DNA of 64,000 nt from Narcine bancroftii (lineage: Eukaryota). The position numbers and the translations under genes are program-made. Of the stretch, positions 1-12,022 are shown one piece after another. The stretch spans positions 333,064,001 to 333,128,000 of the forward strand of contig NC_091471.1 of NCBI RefSeq assembly GCF_036971445.1, read 5' to 3'. Numbering within the stretch: position 1 is the stretch's first letter; every line of letters begins with the position of its first letter. The notes beneath the pieces were generated by a model that was given only the letters and a program-made list of their open reading frames with translations, did not search any database and was not told the origin of the DNA.

Positions 1-415
1 ATGGAGGCACCAATTCTCAGGACAGGAATAAACTCCAGAGGGTTGCTAACTTTGCCTGCAACATCACGGGCACCAGACCTCACTCCATCAAGGACATCGA
101 CATGAGGCGGAGTCTTAAAAAAGCAGCCTCTATCCTCAAAGGCCTCCCACTACCAGGACAGGCCCCCTTCGCTCTGCTACCATCGGGAAAAGGTGCAGGA
201 GCCTAAAGACAAGCACTCAGCAGCACAAGGACAGCTTCTACCCCACTCCCATCAGATTCCTGAATAATCAATGAGCCAAAGACACTGCCTTACTTTTTGT
301 GCATTTTTCAAAATATATGTAGCAATGTTTTAAGACGGTAACAATGTGAATGTTTGCTCTGTGATGCTGCCGCAAAACAACAAATTTTGTGACTTGTTCT
401 TGACAATAAATCCGG
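1..415 (+). mobile_element. Rex1/Babar-like LINE 3' fragment
   Basis: Decayed LPSGKR.RSLK...KDSF C-terminal motif and 3' tail, shared with other copies (13075, 25990). Confidence 0.6.
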
Positions 416-1752
416 ATTCATTTTTTTTCTTCCACTGGTGCTGCTCGACCCACTTTGTTCCTTCAGCAGATTTTGCTTTACTCCAGATTTCAGCATCTGT
501 GGTCTTTCGTGTGTCTGATAGAAAAGTAGCCTCAGTGTCCTTGGGACGAAAGGCTTCCACAAGCACCCAACCAGTAGCCCCAGCTTCTACTCGGTTGAGT
601 TCATTGACTAAATGAGGGTGTTAAAAATTGGTTGCAATACCCCAAGATTCAATAACCTAATGTACAAGATCCCAGAATAAAGGGAAGCAACGTTCAAGCA
701 AACTGGTGCAAGAAGAGAATTGGTTTAAGAGGGAGGAATTTTCACTGACACCCTGCAACTAATTTTGAAAAGCTAGGAATCTAACAGTGTCACAACAATG
801 CATAATTTTGTCCTCACTTAATGCAAAACAAGTTGTCTCATAAATCCTAGCAGGAATTTGAACCGACTTCTCCCATCAGGAGGTACGTGTTAAATCTATT
901 GAAGGAGAGAGAACAGAAGAGCAACTCTGTTAAAACATGTTACTCCAGGATGTAAATTATCTTCCACAACAAAAGGCCAAACATCACCAAGGGCTAAAGA
1001 AACCCCCATTAAACACCAGTTCTGGGGTTGCACTTGAGTGGGCTTCCTGCTCCTTTCCCCATGTCCAGCTGTTCTCTTGATAGAGTTGGGGGCTGCTGGA
1101 GTAACATGTTCTAGCAGAGTAAACCAAGGAATCTTCTGCTCCAAATGTCTGAGTTAATCACACGAAAAGCTTGTGCAACAAATGACAGAATAAAATCAAC
1201 CATGTGCCATTGAAGTTCATCCTTAGCAACTAGTTTAAACTTTGATTAGGAATGCACCATTTATGGTACAGAAAGATGTTAAGCACTTAATATCATTGCA
1301 TCATCTATTCAAAAATTATCAATGGAATTAATGGGGATGGAAGAGAGGAGATGGAAATGGGTGGGACCGACAGAGTGGGCAATGACTCGATGGGCTGAAT
1401 GTTCCTCTTCCATGGGAAATAATACAATTATCCTTTCAAGGAATCTAGGTCAGATCTGAATGTCTGAGTTGAGGGAGGTACCTCTGGTAACTTCGTTCCT
1501 TAAAACTGACAATGTTCAGTTGATCAGAAACTAGGTTTTACCTGTGACTTCTTTTCAACCCAGACAATGGTGTGCAAAAGATCACAGTTGGAGAGCTGAA
1601 GAGATGAGTCTATTTACATCTTGGTTATCCATCTATTCTGTCTAAGAACGGTCTGATCCCTGTATTCCCCATCGTGTATCTAACTTTTACTCAAAGCATG
1701 TGGTTGTCATCAACCAAGAGACCAGTTGTCCTAATGCAAGTTATCAACTCAC

Positions 1753-1887
1753 CTGGAGGTGGGGGCGGGTAAGCAAAGACTGCAGATGGTGTCGGAGAGT
1801 ACACTGGGACCTCCATGGGCACTCCCATTGCACTGTTTGGCACGAAGGGGTAGCAGTAAAAATCCGACGGGACTGCACCCCGAGAAG
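1753..1887 (-). CDS. WBP2: WW domain-binding protein 2, coding exon 5 (later exons lie left of the window)
   Basis: 135 nt, cag|...|gtgagt. Reads (A)SRGAVPSDFYCYPFVPNSAMGVPMEVPVYSPTPSAVFAYPPPPP, resembling WBP2 ASRGEVPSG...YPPPPP. Phase 1/1 fits exon 4. Confidence 0.85.
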
Positions 1888-2084
1888 CTGCAAGAGAATA
1901 TTGATTTAAAGATTAGGGAACAACTGCATGTTTCATTATGAAACTGAAGAGTTCTGAATAGAAAGCAGAATGAGCAAATTGGGAAATAATGGACCTTGAC
2001 AAGGAAATATCCAGCCTGTCCCAATTGCCAAGCCCACAGGTCTTTCATAATTCAATGACAGGACAATGATCCTATAGCTGAAAC

Positions 2085-3240
2085 TTTCATAATTATGGCA
2101 GATGGAGTTTGATCTGGGTAAGGGTGAAGTGGTGCACTTTGGAAGGTCAAACATGAAGGTGGAGTACGCAATGAACGGCAGAGTTCTTAACAATGTGAAA
2201 GAACAGAGGGATCTTGGGGTCCACATCCATAGATCGATCAAGGTTGCAGCACGTTAATAGGGAGGTTAAAAAGATGCACGGTATTCTGGTTTTCATTAGC
2301 CAGGGGATTGAGTTCAAGAGACTCGAAATCATGTTGCAGTTCTACAAAACTGGTTAGACCACACTTGGAGTACAGGCACATGATCCTTTATCCGGACATC
2401 TAAAATCCAAAAAGCTCCAAAATCCGGCAAGTGGAGAGAGAGACTGGCAGCACGAGTCAGGCGGGCAAGGGACTGGGAGTTCAAGGCCGGGGGTGGGGGG
2501 GCGGAGACAGCAGGGTGACTGGAATGGGGTGGGGATGGATACGCAGCACAATTCGGGTGGGCTTAAATCTGGCTTTCTGAAATCCGGAAAAATCCAAAAT
2601 TCGGAACACACTGTCCCCCAAAGGTTCCGGATAAAGGATCGTGTACCTGTATTGTGTTCAGTTCTGATTACAGGAAGGAAGTAGATGCTTTGGAGAGGGG
2701 TCAAAGGAGATTTACCAGGCGGTTGTAAAAGCACAATGGTGGAGAAACTCAGTAAAGGTAAAAAAAATACATAACCAATGTCTAACCAGCTGAGTTTCTG
2801 CAGCATTACTTCAACCACGGTGTCTACAGATTTTTGTGTGTTTACTTTTATTTAAAAACCTGGATGTTGCCTGGATTGGAAAATGTGTCATATGAAGCAA
2901 GATAGGGCTTTTCTCTGGAGCGATGAAGGTATATAATTATAAGGGACATAGATTGGGTGCACAGCCAGCACCATTTCCTGTGTGACAACAGCAAATAACA
3001 GAGGATATCTATTTAAGGAAAATTTTGGATAAATTTCAGAATTAAGCTGCTTTTTTTTTAAAAAAAGTGATGGGTGCCAGCAATGCATTGATGAGGAGGA
3101 GAATGGAAATAAGAGGCTGGTACAGCAGAGATATTCAAAAGTTGCAGATGAGGCAGGGAAGGGTTAGATTGTTGAGGAGTAGGTATACATAGGCCAGCAC
3201 AACATTATGGGCTGAAGGGCATGCACTGTTCTGTAGTGTC
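2085..3240 (+). mobile_element. CR1 LINE 3' fragment, interrupted by a MITE and a short Penelope-tail piece
   Basis: WQMEF...EVVHFGRSN, ERDLGV, LYKTLVRPHLEYCVQFW-type remnants. Confidence 0.75.
2373..2649. mobile_element. Tc1/mariner (Tigger/pogo-like) MITE, 277 bp
   Basis: 24-bp terminal inverted repeats (TIRs) cagg(c/t)aca(t/c)gatcctttatccgga (22/24) and a TA TSD. It splits the CR1 sequence ttggagTA|ttgtgttcagttctg. Confidence 0.9.
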
Positions 3241-3628
3241 CTACATCCATCATTACATGAAAGTCTCAACAAATCCCACAGAGGGTCTGCCCAGCCAGTT
3301 GATTGATCACACAGCCGCTGGGACGGATGGCTGTCAGCAAGAGATCCCACACCACAGAGGTTAGCGGCAAGTGCTGCTGACTCACCACTGCCCACCCAAT
3401 CTGACCCATCCAATGACTGGCACCCTTGGAGAGAAGGATTGGACCTGCTATCTCCAGATTCAGCTAACGTACATATCACAGAGCATCTGGATCAGGGTCC
3501 TACACAGAAGCGCCACGAGAAGCAGTGACTGAAGAAATGCCGAGAGGCCAGAAGCAGACAGAACCAGGGTTCACGGTTGCAAAGACAAGGCTGAGACCTG
3601 CAGTATGAGAGAGGAAGTGAAGCTGTAC

Positions 3629-3721
3629 CCTGCTGTGCTGTCCGAAACATCAGCTGTCCAAACTCGATGGCTCCTCCGTTGGTGAAGGTAAGTTTAAAAG
3701 TTGCAGAACCTTCCCATCCTC
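3629..3721 (-). CDS. WBP2: WBP2 coding exon 4
   Basis: 93 nt, cag|...|gtacag. [31 protein letters not shown] matches the WBP2 GGWEGSASYKLTF...GGAIEFGQ motif. Confidence 0.93.
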
Positions 3722-5842
3722 CTGTGGAGAGATTAAAAAAAAGGGAGCTTGGATTCAGTCAGGGGAAAACAAAGCAAGATTTCACTAAAGTGCCTGCTAC
3801 CATTGAGCTGTCAGCCTCGGTGGTCACAGAGAGTCAGAGTCACAGACCAGGACACAGTTAGTATAACAGCACAAGGGTATTGCAGTGCCAGCAACCCTGG
3901 CTCAAATCCAACGCCATTTCTAAGGGGCTTGGACGTTCTCCCTGTGACCAGTGGGTTTTCTCATGGTGCTACAGTTTCGTACCACCCTCCAAAACTTACA
4001 GGATTGGTAGGTTAATTGACTGTCACTGGCTTCATGGGCTGCATCATTAACAATCCAACACACCTAATCCCCACGTGCCATCAAACAACCACTTAGACCA
4101 ATCACATTTCATTCGCCCCACTCCTCAGACCCCACACCCACCCCCTACACCAGGGCTAATCCACCTGTATTTAGTTCATGGGAGCATTTAGAAGTAACAC
4201 ATGCAGTCCCAGAAAATATCACAAATGATCGGGATTTCCTCTGAGCCGGACCACGAATTGCTCTGGGATGTTCAGGCCACCGGCCGACAAGCAGCTGGAG
4301 GACTGGGAAAGAGAGCAGACAGCAAGCCCTTTGAAGCAACAAATATCCTGATTTCAACCACAACCCCAGCCATGATGAACCATTCTCAGCCCTGACCTCG
4401 GACTGCACCCCTCGTTGCTCAGACATCCTATGGATTAGCTTCTCTGAGAAAAGGCCTGCTCCTGCCCCACTGGCATTTGAATGTCTTACTGTGCAGAACA
4501 AGTGCCTTGGCCCAATTCGTCCCATTTACCTCCACTTGGTGCATGCCTTTCACAGAATCAGAACCAGGATTTAGGGTCACAAAAGTTGTTGTTTTGCAGC
4601 AAAATCATAGTGTGAACATTCATACAAAACCACCTCACAAAATAAAAAAAAAAAATAGGGCACAAAAAGCCAAAGTGAGGTAATGCCTGTGGTTCATTGA
4701 TCATTCAGGAATCTGATGGCAGCGGGGAAGAAGCTGAGTGCTGGTCTTCAGAGCCCTGTACCCCCCACCCCCCCCACCACAATGGTAGCAGAGTGAAGAG
4801 TAAATCCTTCCTAACCATAAATCAGTCCAAATGCCTGGCAAATGCAACTGTACTCCTTCTTTATCGGATACGCAGCCCCCTCCAAGTGGAAAATGTTGCC
4901 CCGCTAATCCCACTTAAATCTCTTCTCAGCTTAAGTCTCCAGTTCTACAATCATCGTCCCTGGGACAAAGACTGGGTATCGATGCCCTTCATGACTTAAA
5001 CGTCAACCTCCTGTTCACCAGCCTATCCAATCTCTCCTCATAATTCAAGCACTCCAGTATGAGTAACATCCTAGTGAATCCCTGACAAACACACATCAGT
5101 CAACGAGATTACAGGGAGACTAGCAAGCAAATTCAAAATAGAACATTCATACATTTTATTGACTGTGAACGTTATTCTATATTTTCAGATGTGACTTCCA
5201 CATTTCCTGTCATTCTCCAAAGACTTGCAATCTATTTCAGTTCACCACATGCTGTATCCCAGTTATGCACAGCCAGTGGGAAGGATGACTTTGAGTCAAT
5301 CCCCACAACACTTCTGGCAGGATTATTCCCATCCCATTGCATCATTCTCCACACCCCCCGACCCCACCACAAACATGACCAGCTCTCCAGTCAGGCTCAC
5401 ACCAGAGCCTCAGAACACCCCTTCCTCAGTATCGCCAGCGTGCCCCACCCCTCTGACGCTACCCTTGGTAAGCTGTGCTACTTTATCCTCACTGAACATC
5501 ATGCAGGTCCTCACACAGTTAGCAGTGCCCATCCAGATGTCAGGGTGCATACAAACTACCCACAGGAAGCAGAGAGAAACTCCTGCCATGGTTTCCCTTC
5601 TCTCGAGTTCCCCAGACTCCTCGACAATTGAGTGCTGCTGGACTGCAACACTGTTAAGACACAGGGCAGGTTCAAATGACCCATCACTCACAAAGACTTC
5701 TTCTGCCTCCACGAGTCCACCAATCTATTACCTGCTGTTCCCTCCCCTATAAAACAGTGCAATCAGCTGTTCATCATTTTCTTGCTTCTCAGTTATAAAG
5801 ATTAGCAATACCAAAGGTTTCCTCGCGAGGGCAGATGCTCAC

Positions 5843-5981
5843 CGTTTGGCTCGGCCTTGATGGTGCCTTTGATGTAGTTTGCCCCAAGCACTGGCTGCTT
5901 GATCTCACAGCTCCTCATTAAGTAAAACGGCATGGTGAATGACTTCAGTGCCTCTCTACTATCTTTTGCCACAAAGATCAG
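5843..5981 (-). CDS. WBP2: WBP2 coding exon 3 (GRAM/PH-like domain)
   Basis: 139 nt, cag|...|gtgagc. [46 protein letters not shown] matches WBP2 [26 protein letters not shown]. Confidence 0.95.
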
Positions 5982-6442
5982 CTGCAAAAATCAGAGACAG
6001 GAGACATTATGGTTCAGGGTGGGGGAGCCATGTCCACCAACACAGGTCTGACAAAAGTACACTGACCTGTCCCTGCAGGGGTTGGGGGTCACAGGTCACC
6101 ATCGGGGACGGGGTTAGCACCTGCCCATCTCTGCTGGGGGGGGCAGAGTCACAGGTCACCATCCGGGGGTGGGATCAGCACCCACCCAACCCTGCAGGTG
6201 TGGGGGTCACAGATCACCCGCCCATCCCTGCTACAGTGGAGTCACAGGTCACCCGACCCTGCAGGGCTCCAGCAATAGCACAGAGCTGCCTCGACAGGGC
6301 TGCAATTCCCGAAGCACTGATCGATGAACATCTTCACCACTCAGTTTTTCTCTCCACAGATGCAGCCTGACCAGTCGTAGAATACAAGCATTTCCTTTCA
6401 CATTTCACCTCTCCCGCCTGCGGATATCGCCACGTGACCTAC

Positions 6443-6551
6443 TTGGTATGGCATCAGGTGAACACCTCCCTTCCTTGAGCCTCTGAAAGCTTCCAAGTTG
6501 GTGCTCACGTCACTAAACGACAGCTCCACATGATCCTGAGACATGAGAGCA
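6443..6551 (-). CDS. WBP2: WBP2 coding exon 2
   Basis: 109 nt, cag|...|gtaggt. (S)ALMSQDHVELSFSDVSTNLEAFRGSRKGGVHLMPYQ aligns with WBP2 ILMSYDHVELTF...EAFKGTKKGTVYLTPYR. Confidence 0.9.
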
Positions 6552-8159
6552 CTGCAGGCACAGAAAACAGGTGACATCAGACTCGCCCTTCAAATGCCTG
6601 CCACATAATACCTCGTCCTTATCCTGCCTGTCAGCATCTTGCTGGAGAGTTTCAGGGGACAACATACAAAGCACAGGATATATGTATGCAATAATTACAC
6701 AGAACCCACCGAGAACTCTCTCTGGTCTCAACAAAACGGAATGGATATTAAACTCTAATAATTTTGGTGTTCAATATTCTATCTAAATTAGAATAATATT
6801 TCATTTTATTTTGCACAGGTAAGTTAATGAGTAAAATGTTAATTAATAACACTGCTTTTTCCTTCCTGGTTTGCCTTCTGCGAGAATTTTTTTCACATCA
6901 ACCGGGGGTTCAGTCAGCCGAGTGATGGGACTGCAGTTGGAGACTGGGCCTCAACTCCAACCCCCCCACCTCTTCCCTTCGGCCGTTTTACTTTCAGGGA
7001 CCAATGCTGGGAAAAGGGATGGTTGGGCCGCAGAAATGGGGCCCGACCTCGAGAGCTAACGGGGGGGGGCCGTGGTCAGCATTGATTCACTGAGTTCCAG
7101 GTTGTTGCCGTAAACTCCGGCACAGTCAGTGGCGCAGCTCCCCCCAGCTGGAGACCCAGCTCCAATCCTGAACTCCACTGCCTGCTGGTGTGAGAAGACT
7201 GCATGTTCTCCCTGTGACTGCGCAGGACCCCCCCCCCCCCCCCCCCCACCCAGATTCCTCCCATACCAAAGATGTGCAGATCGGTTGGAAAATGTTCTGT
7301 AGTTGTTGAGGATGTCAGGGAGAATTTTTGAAAAAAAGGTGTTACTGTTGGATGAATGTGAATGGTGGGGCTGGCCTCTGTGTACTGAAGGATCTGTTTC
7401 GGTGCTGCAATACACCATGTATTGTCATCAGTAATTACTGGATGTGGGGTATTAGGTGCACCTACTATGAACTGTTATTGCTGGAATTCTATACAACTGA
7501 CGATGCATTACAATTTGCAGGGCATTCTTGCCCATCATACTTGTGGAAGAGAGCCTTTTTAACAGGGCAGTCTGCAGATGCTAGCATTGAGTGCAGTACA
7601 CAAACATTCTGACAAACTCATCCCACCTGCATCCACCTGTGAGCCTGGACTTCTCCCCTGCTCCTCCCTCTCACCCTCCTCTCTTCCTCCACCCCACCTT
7701 ATTATTCAGGAACCTGCCCATTTTTGCTTTTACCTGACGAAGGGGCCAGGCCTCAAAAGTTGGCTACCCTTTACCTATGGAGGCTGCATGACCCGCTGAG
7801 TTTTTCCAGTGCATTTGTGGATGACACATTTCTACTTCCCAGCGCTGAGCCTGTGGCTTGCAGCACTCCAGGGGCATGGCCAATAAAGACCTTTACAAAC
7901 TTCCTCCGTCCCACACACTATCCAGCCAGAGACATCAACCTTGACTGGCTCCAGGGAGAAATCAACTCCCTCACCCCATCTCTAACCCGACTACAGTGAA
8001 TGCATGTCCCCTGGTCATCCTTCCCGTCCCTTTCTGCCTCTTCTGCCCCACAGTAAATTACTGTGGCCTGCTTAATCTTTCCACGTAGCTAAAGTCTTCA
8101 GTCCTGATATTATCCGAGTAAATCTTGTTTGTAATTCTCTCTGGTGCAATCTCACATCT

Positions 8160-8410
8160 TTAATTTAGACATTCAGCATGGTAAGAAGCCATTTCAGCCC
8201 ATAAGTCCATGCTGTTCAATTTACACCCAATTAACTTACACCCCCAGTAAGTTTCAAACAATGGGAGGAAACCAGAGTCCACAGGGAAAACCATGTAGAC
8301 ATGGGGAGAACATATAAACTCCTTAAAGACAGCATGGGATTCGAACCCGGTCCGGATCACTGGCACTGTAAAGGCGTTGCGCTAATCGCTACAGCAAACC
8401 GTGCCGTGGC
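8160..8410 (-). mobile_element. tRNA-derived SINE (V-SINE/HE1-like); further copies near 3846, 10640, 18155, 33075, 33600, 33850, 41335, 46290
   Basis: Degenerate A/B boxes (gggttcgaatcc), conserved core ggagtttgtatgttctccccgtgtctgcgtgggttttc...ggtttcctccca, CR1-like tail. Confidence 0.75.
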
Positions 8411-8900
8411 AACCAGAACTGTACCCACATTTCTCGCAGGGAACTAATCAATGTTCCTTTATGATCTGTTCCTTGGATGGTGGAAGAAAACATCCCATGT
8501 ACCTCCCCACCTCCTGATCTACCAGTCCTGCCACCTTCAAGGGTGCCAGCCATGATCACCAAAGCCCCCTGTTCTCAACTCCCACCATCACCCTCCCTCA
8601 CACTTCTGTGGCCTGGTTTCTTTTGACACGACTGTTATATCACAGGTGACTCAACCGATCAAATCTATGCCAGCTTCACCCTTCCCCCACCCCCACCTTA
8701 GAGATCATACCATATCACTATATGCAATTTCCTTGCAGATCAGACTCAGTTTCTTGCAGCAACCAGACAGGTAGTGAGTTCCTGATCATCACCAGTTTCT
8801 GTATCCCCTCAAATCTTCAGCCCAAAATAAGAAAACTGTGCTCCATGAACCATCCACTCTGAGGGGAGGAGGGACCTAGGGGGAAGGAGGGGGGGGGGAA

Positions 8901-9368
8901 GAGAGAGGAGGGGCATGGGGGTTGGGAGAGAGCTGGAGGTGGGGGGTGAGAGAGAAGGGGCGTGGGGGTTGGGAGAGAGCTGGAGGTGGGGGGGGGGTGA
9001 GAGAGGAGGGGCATGGGGGTTGGGAGAGAGCTGGAGGTGGGGGGTGAGAGAGGAGGGGTGTGGGGGTTGGGAGAGAGCTGGAGGTGGGGGGTGAGAGAGG
9101 AGGGGTGTGGGGGTTGGGAGAGAGCTGGAAGTGGGGGGTGAGAGAGGAGGGGTGTGGGGGTTGGGAGAGAGCTGGAAGTGGGGGGTGAGAGAGGTGGGGC
9201 ATGGGGGTTGGGTGAGAGAGGAGGGGTATGGGGGTTGGGAGAGAGCTGGAGGTGGGGGTGAGAGAGGAGGGGCATGGGGGTTGGGTGAGAGAGGAGGGGT
9301 ATGGGGGTTGGGAGAGAGCTGGAGGTGGGGGTGAGAGAGGAGAGGCGTGGGGGTTGGGAGGTGGGGGG
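8901..9368. repeat. G-rich minisatellite, ~47-bp unit, ~10 copies
   Basis: Unit gagagaggaggggcatgggggttgggagagagctggaggtggggggt, with variants. Confidence 0.95.
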
Positions 9369-9486
9369 TGTGAAGTGACGGCCGGTGATGGGGTCACATC
9401 ACCCGCCCCTGCCACCCAGTCCCACTCAGTAGTGCCTCGCTGAAGCCGCGGGTCACGGTGAGGGTGAGGGTGACCCCGGCCCGTAC

Positions 9487-9524
9487 CTGCCGCAGGCCCC
9501 GTCACCTGCTCGGTTCAGCGCCAT
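9487..9524 (-). CDS. WBP2: WBP2 coding exon 1
   Basis: ATG at 9524 in a CpG island. MALNRAGDGACG(S) starts with the WBP2 MALN N-terminus. Donor AG|gtacgg gives phase 2, matching exon 2. Confidence 0.8.
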
Positions 9525-9740
9525 CGCCTCAGTCCGGCCGGCGTTACGTCCGTCTCCTAGGAATCTGCCCCTTCCTCTCCGCCCCGCCCCTTTAAAGGGA
9601 TCGTCCGTCACTGGCTCGCCCCACACGCAACCCCGCCCTTTAAAGGGATCGCCCAACACGTCACCCTGCCCTTGAAAGGGGCGTCCTGCCAATGACACGC
9701 CTCCTGCCAATGACACGCCCCCTGCCTCACCCCGTCCATC
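9525..9740 (-). promoter_or_regulatory. WBP2 CpG-island promoter / 5' UTR
   Basis: CpG-rich, GC boxes (ccgccccgcccc), repeated CCCTTTAAAGGG palindromes and two CCAAT-containing 18-bp repeats just upstream of the ATG. Confidence 0.7.
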
Positions 9741-11359
9741 GTAGAGCATTGCAGCGCAGAAACTTTCGGCCCTTCTAGTCTGTGCTAAATATTATTTTGA
9801 CTAGTCCTACTGACCTGCACCCAATCCATAGCCCTCCATACCCTTCCCCTCCATGTAACTGCCCAAATTCCTCTTAAGTGTGAAAATTGAGCCCTCTCGA
9901 AAGTGGAGAGGAATTTCAGGTCCTCAGACTTTGCACAGTCCCACACTGGAGTTAGGGCCTCAGGATAAGAGGCTGAATGTTTAGAATTGCAATGAGGAGA
10001 AACTCCAGAATTGTTTATCATCATTGTATGTTTTGTGGGATCTCATTCAAAAGGTAGATTTCTGGATGCGAGGGGAATTCAGGGATATAGCACCGAGATA
10101 AAAGATAATAGATCTTGAGTGTTGAAGGGCCGAATAGTTCACCTCTGCTTCGATTGCTTGTTTTTCTGCCATTGTCAAAGACTTGGCCCTTTTGCAAAGT
10201 TATCACGCGGGCGCTCAGCTGATGGGTTAAGGGTGAAAGTGGAAAAGTTTAGGCGGAACTTATTTTTAAAAATATTTTATTTATCATTTTTCAAACTCAG
10301 TGCCAACAATACTCAGGAATCCATAATTTAAAAAAACCCACTATATTCTCCAATTATATACAAGCTTTGCAGTCGAGTACTTATCCCCCCCCCCCCAATT
10401 AGGGGGAACTTCACACAGAGTAAAGAAATAAATGTGAAAATCGAGCCCCTTTCAACTGGCAGCTCATTTCACAGTGGTGGGGATGTGGTGAAGTGGTGAG
10501 GGGGGAGGGACTGACAAGCCTCTTTACCAACATTTCTCCTTATTCCAATTCTAAACATTCGACCTCTTTTCCTGAGGCCATAACCAGCTTGCCAAGCACT
10601 GTGCAAAGTGTGAGGACCTCAAATTCCTCTCCACTTTGGAGAGGGTGGCACAGTTAGGACGGAAATAGGGTTCAAACTCCGTTAAGTTGTTTGCATGTTC
10701 TTCCTGATTGCATGGGTTTTCTCTGGGTGCTCCAGTTTCCTCCCGTGCTCCAACGATGCATGGGATTAGTAGATTGTTTCATGGCCAACATGGTTATATG
10801 GGTGTAATTGGGCCACACAGACTCAAGGGCTGGAAGGGCCTGATACCGTGCAGTCTCTAAATTAGAAATAAATATTGCAGCTATGGTAACTAGTGGGCAA
10901 AAACATTGTGGGTCTGTTCGAGTAAGAAGTGGCTACTCTTAACAAATGATGAACAATTTACAATTCATTGAGGATCGGTGAATTAATTTTAAATCAATTT
11001 TTGAGACAAATTCACACATAGGCGGTGCAGCTGATAAAAGAAACAGCAACTGGGAAAATTCAAGTGATGTGTAAGGGTGGCAAGAACATTATCAGCATTT
11101 GTGCAAGGTATTGTAGGTAAACTAAAATTATTTAAAAGGCAGAAACGGGGGAAAAAAAGATATGGTGTGGACAAATATGCCAGTCAGGCAGCAATGAGAG
11201 TAAGGCTGACAAAAGTTATGTGGTAAAGGGTCATGAGTCACATTGCACATTACAGAGTGGAACCAGTATGAGACAGACTTTCAGACTTCATTCTTAGCTT
11301 CCAGGTCATGTTAACAGATGATTTCAAATCAGACATTGTGTATTAGTATCGGAGTAGTA

Positions 11360-11522
11360 CAACACTGTTAGCTATCGTCCTGCCAGGTGTGGTGCAGGTC
11401 CAACACTGTTAGCTATCGTCCTGCCAGGTGTGGTGCGGGTCCAACACTGTTAGCTATCGTCCTGCCAGGTGTGGTGCGGGTCCAACACTGTTAGCTATCG
11501 ATCTGCCAGGTGCGGTGCAGGA
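11360..11522. repeat. 41-bp tandem repeat, 4 copies
   Basis: caacactgttagctatcgtcctgccaggtgtggtgc(a/g)ggtc at 11360, 11401, 11442 and 11483. Confidence 0.95.
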
Positions 11523-12022
11523 CCAATCCAAGGGAATATCCAGGCTCAGAACAGATGTCACTATGACTTTGGGATGAATTTTATCATCCAGCAGATCTGG
11601 GCTCATTGCAACCAAGTGCAACTCATTACTTTCAGGAATTTAATCTTTCAAGAATAAAGACAGACTCATTTAATGGCTGGCTCAAACTCTCACTTCCTCA
11701 CATCAAGGACAGGAAGCTCTGCAAGGATGAGGCACCCAATCTCACCAGCCTTTAGGACTCTTGCAACCTTAGACTGTGCCCATTCCAATGTTCAATAAAT
11801 GTTGTTACTACAAGTACACATTCTCCAAGACCTTACCTAATCTGGCAATGGGCACTCTGCAATCAATAGTTATCTCTATCACCCCACAGCAATCAGACCC
11901 TGGGGCAGCAGTCATACACAGTGAGCCAGGATTGCCTTCAACCTCCTGTGCTGGAAGAAAAAGTGCATGTTCTCAGTGACTACCTGGAATTCTTGTGGGT
12001 GTTCAGGTTTTCTCCTGGATAT

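Noticed and set aside
896-1144. Possible further WBP2 exon (PPxY region)
   Set aside because: No proline-rich PPxY coding with suitable splice sites was found; the remaining exons are probably left of the window.
6070-6260. Recurring gtcacaggtcacc motifs in WBP2 intron 2
   Set aside because: Looks like a decayed minisatellite with irregular spacing; no function can be supported.
8817-9505. Pro/Ser- and Gly-rich ORFs
   Set aside because: They are translations of the 47-bp minisatellite.
11360-11522. Regular 41-bp repeats as a CRISPR array
   Set aside because: Head-to-tail with no unique spacers, no cas genes, and a vertebrate context.
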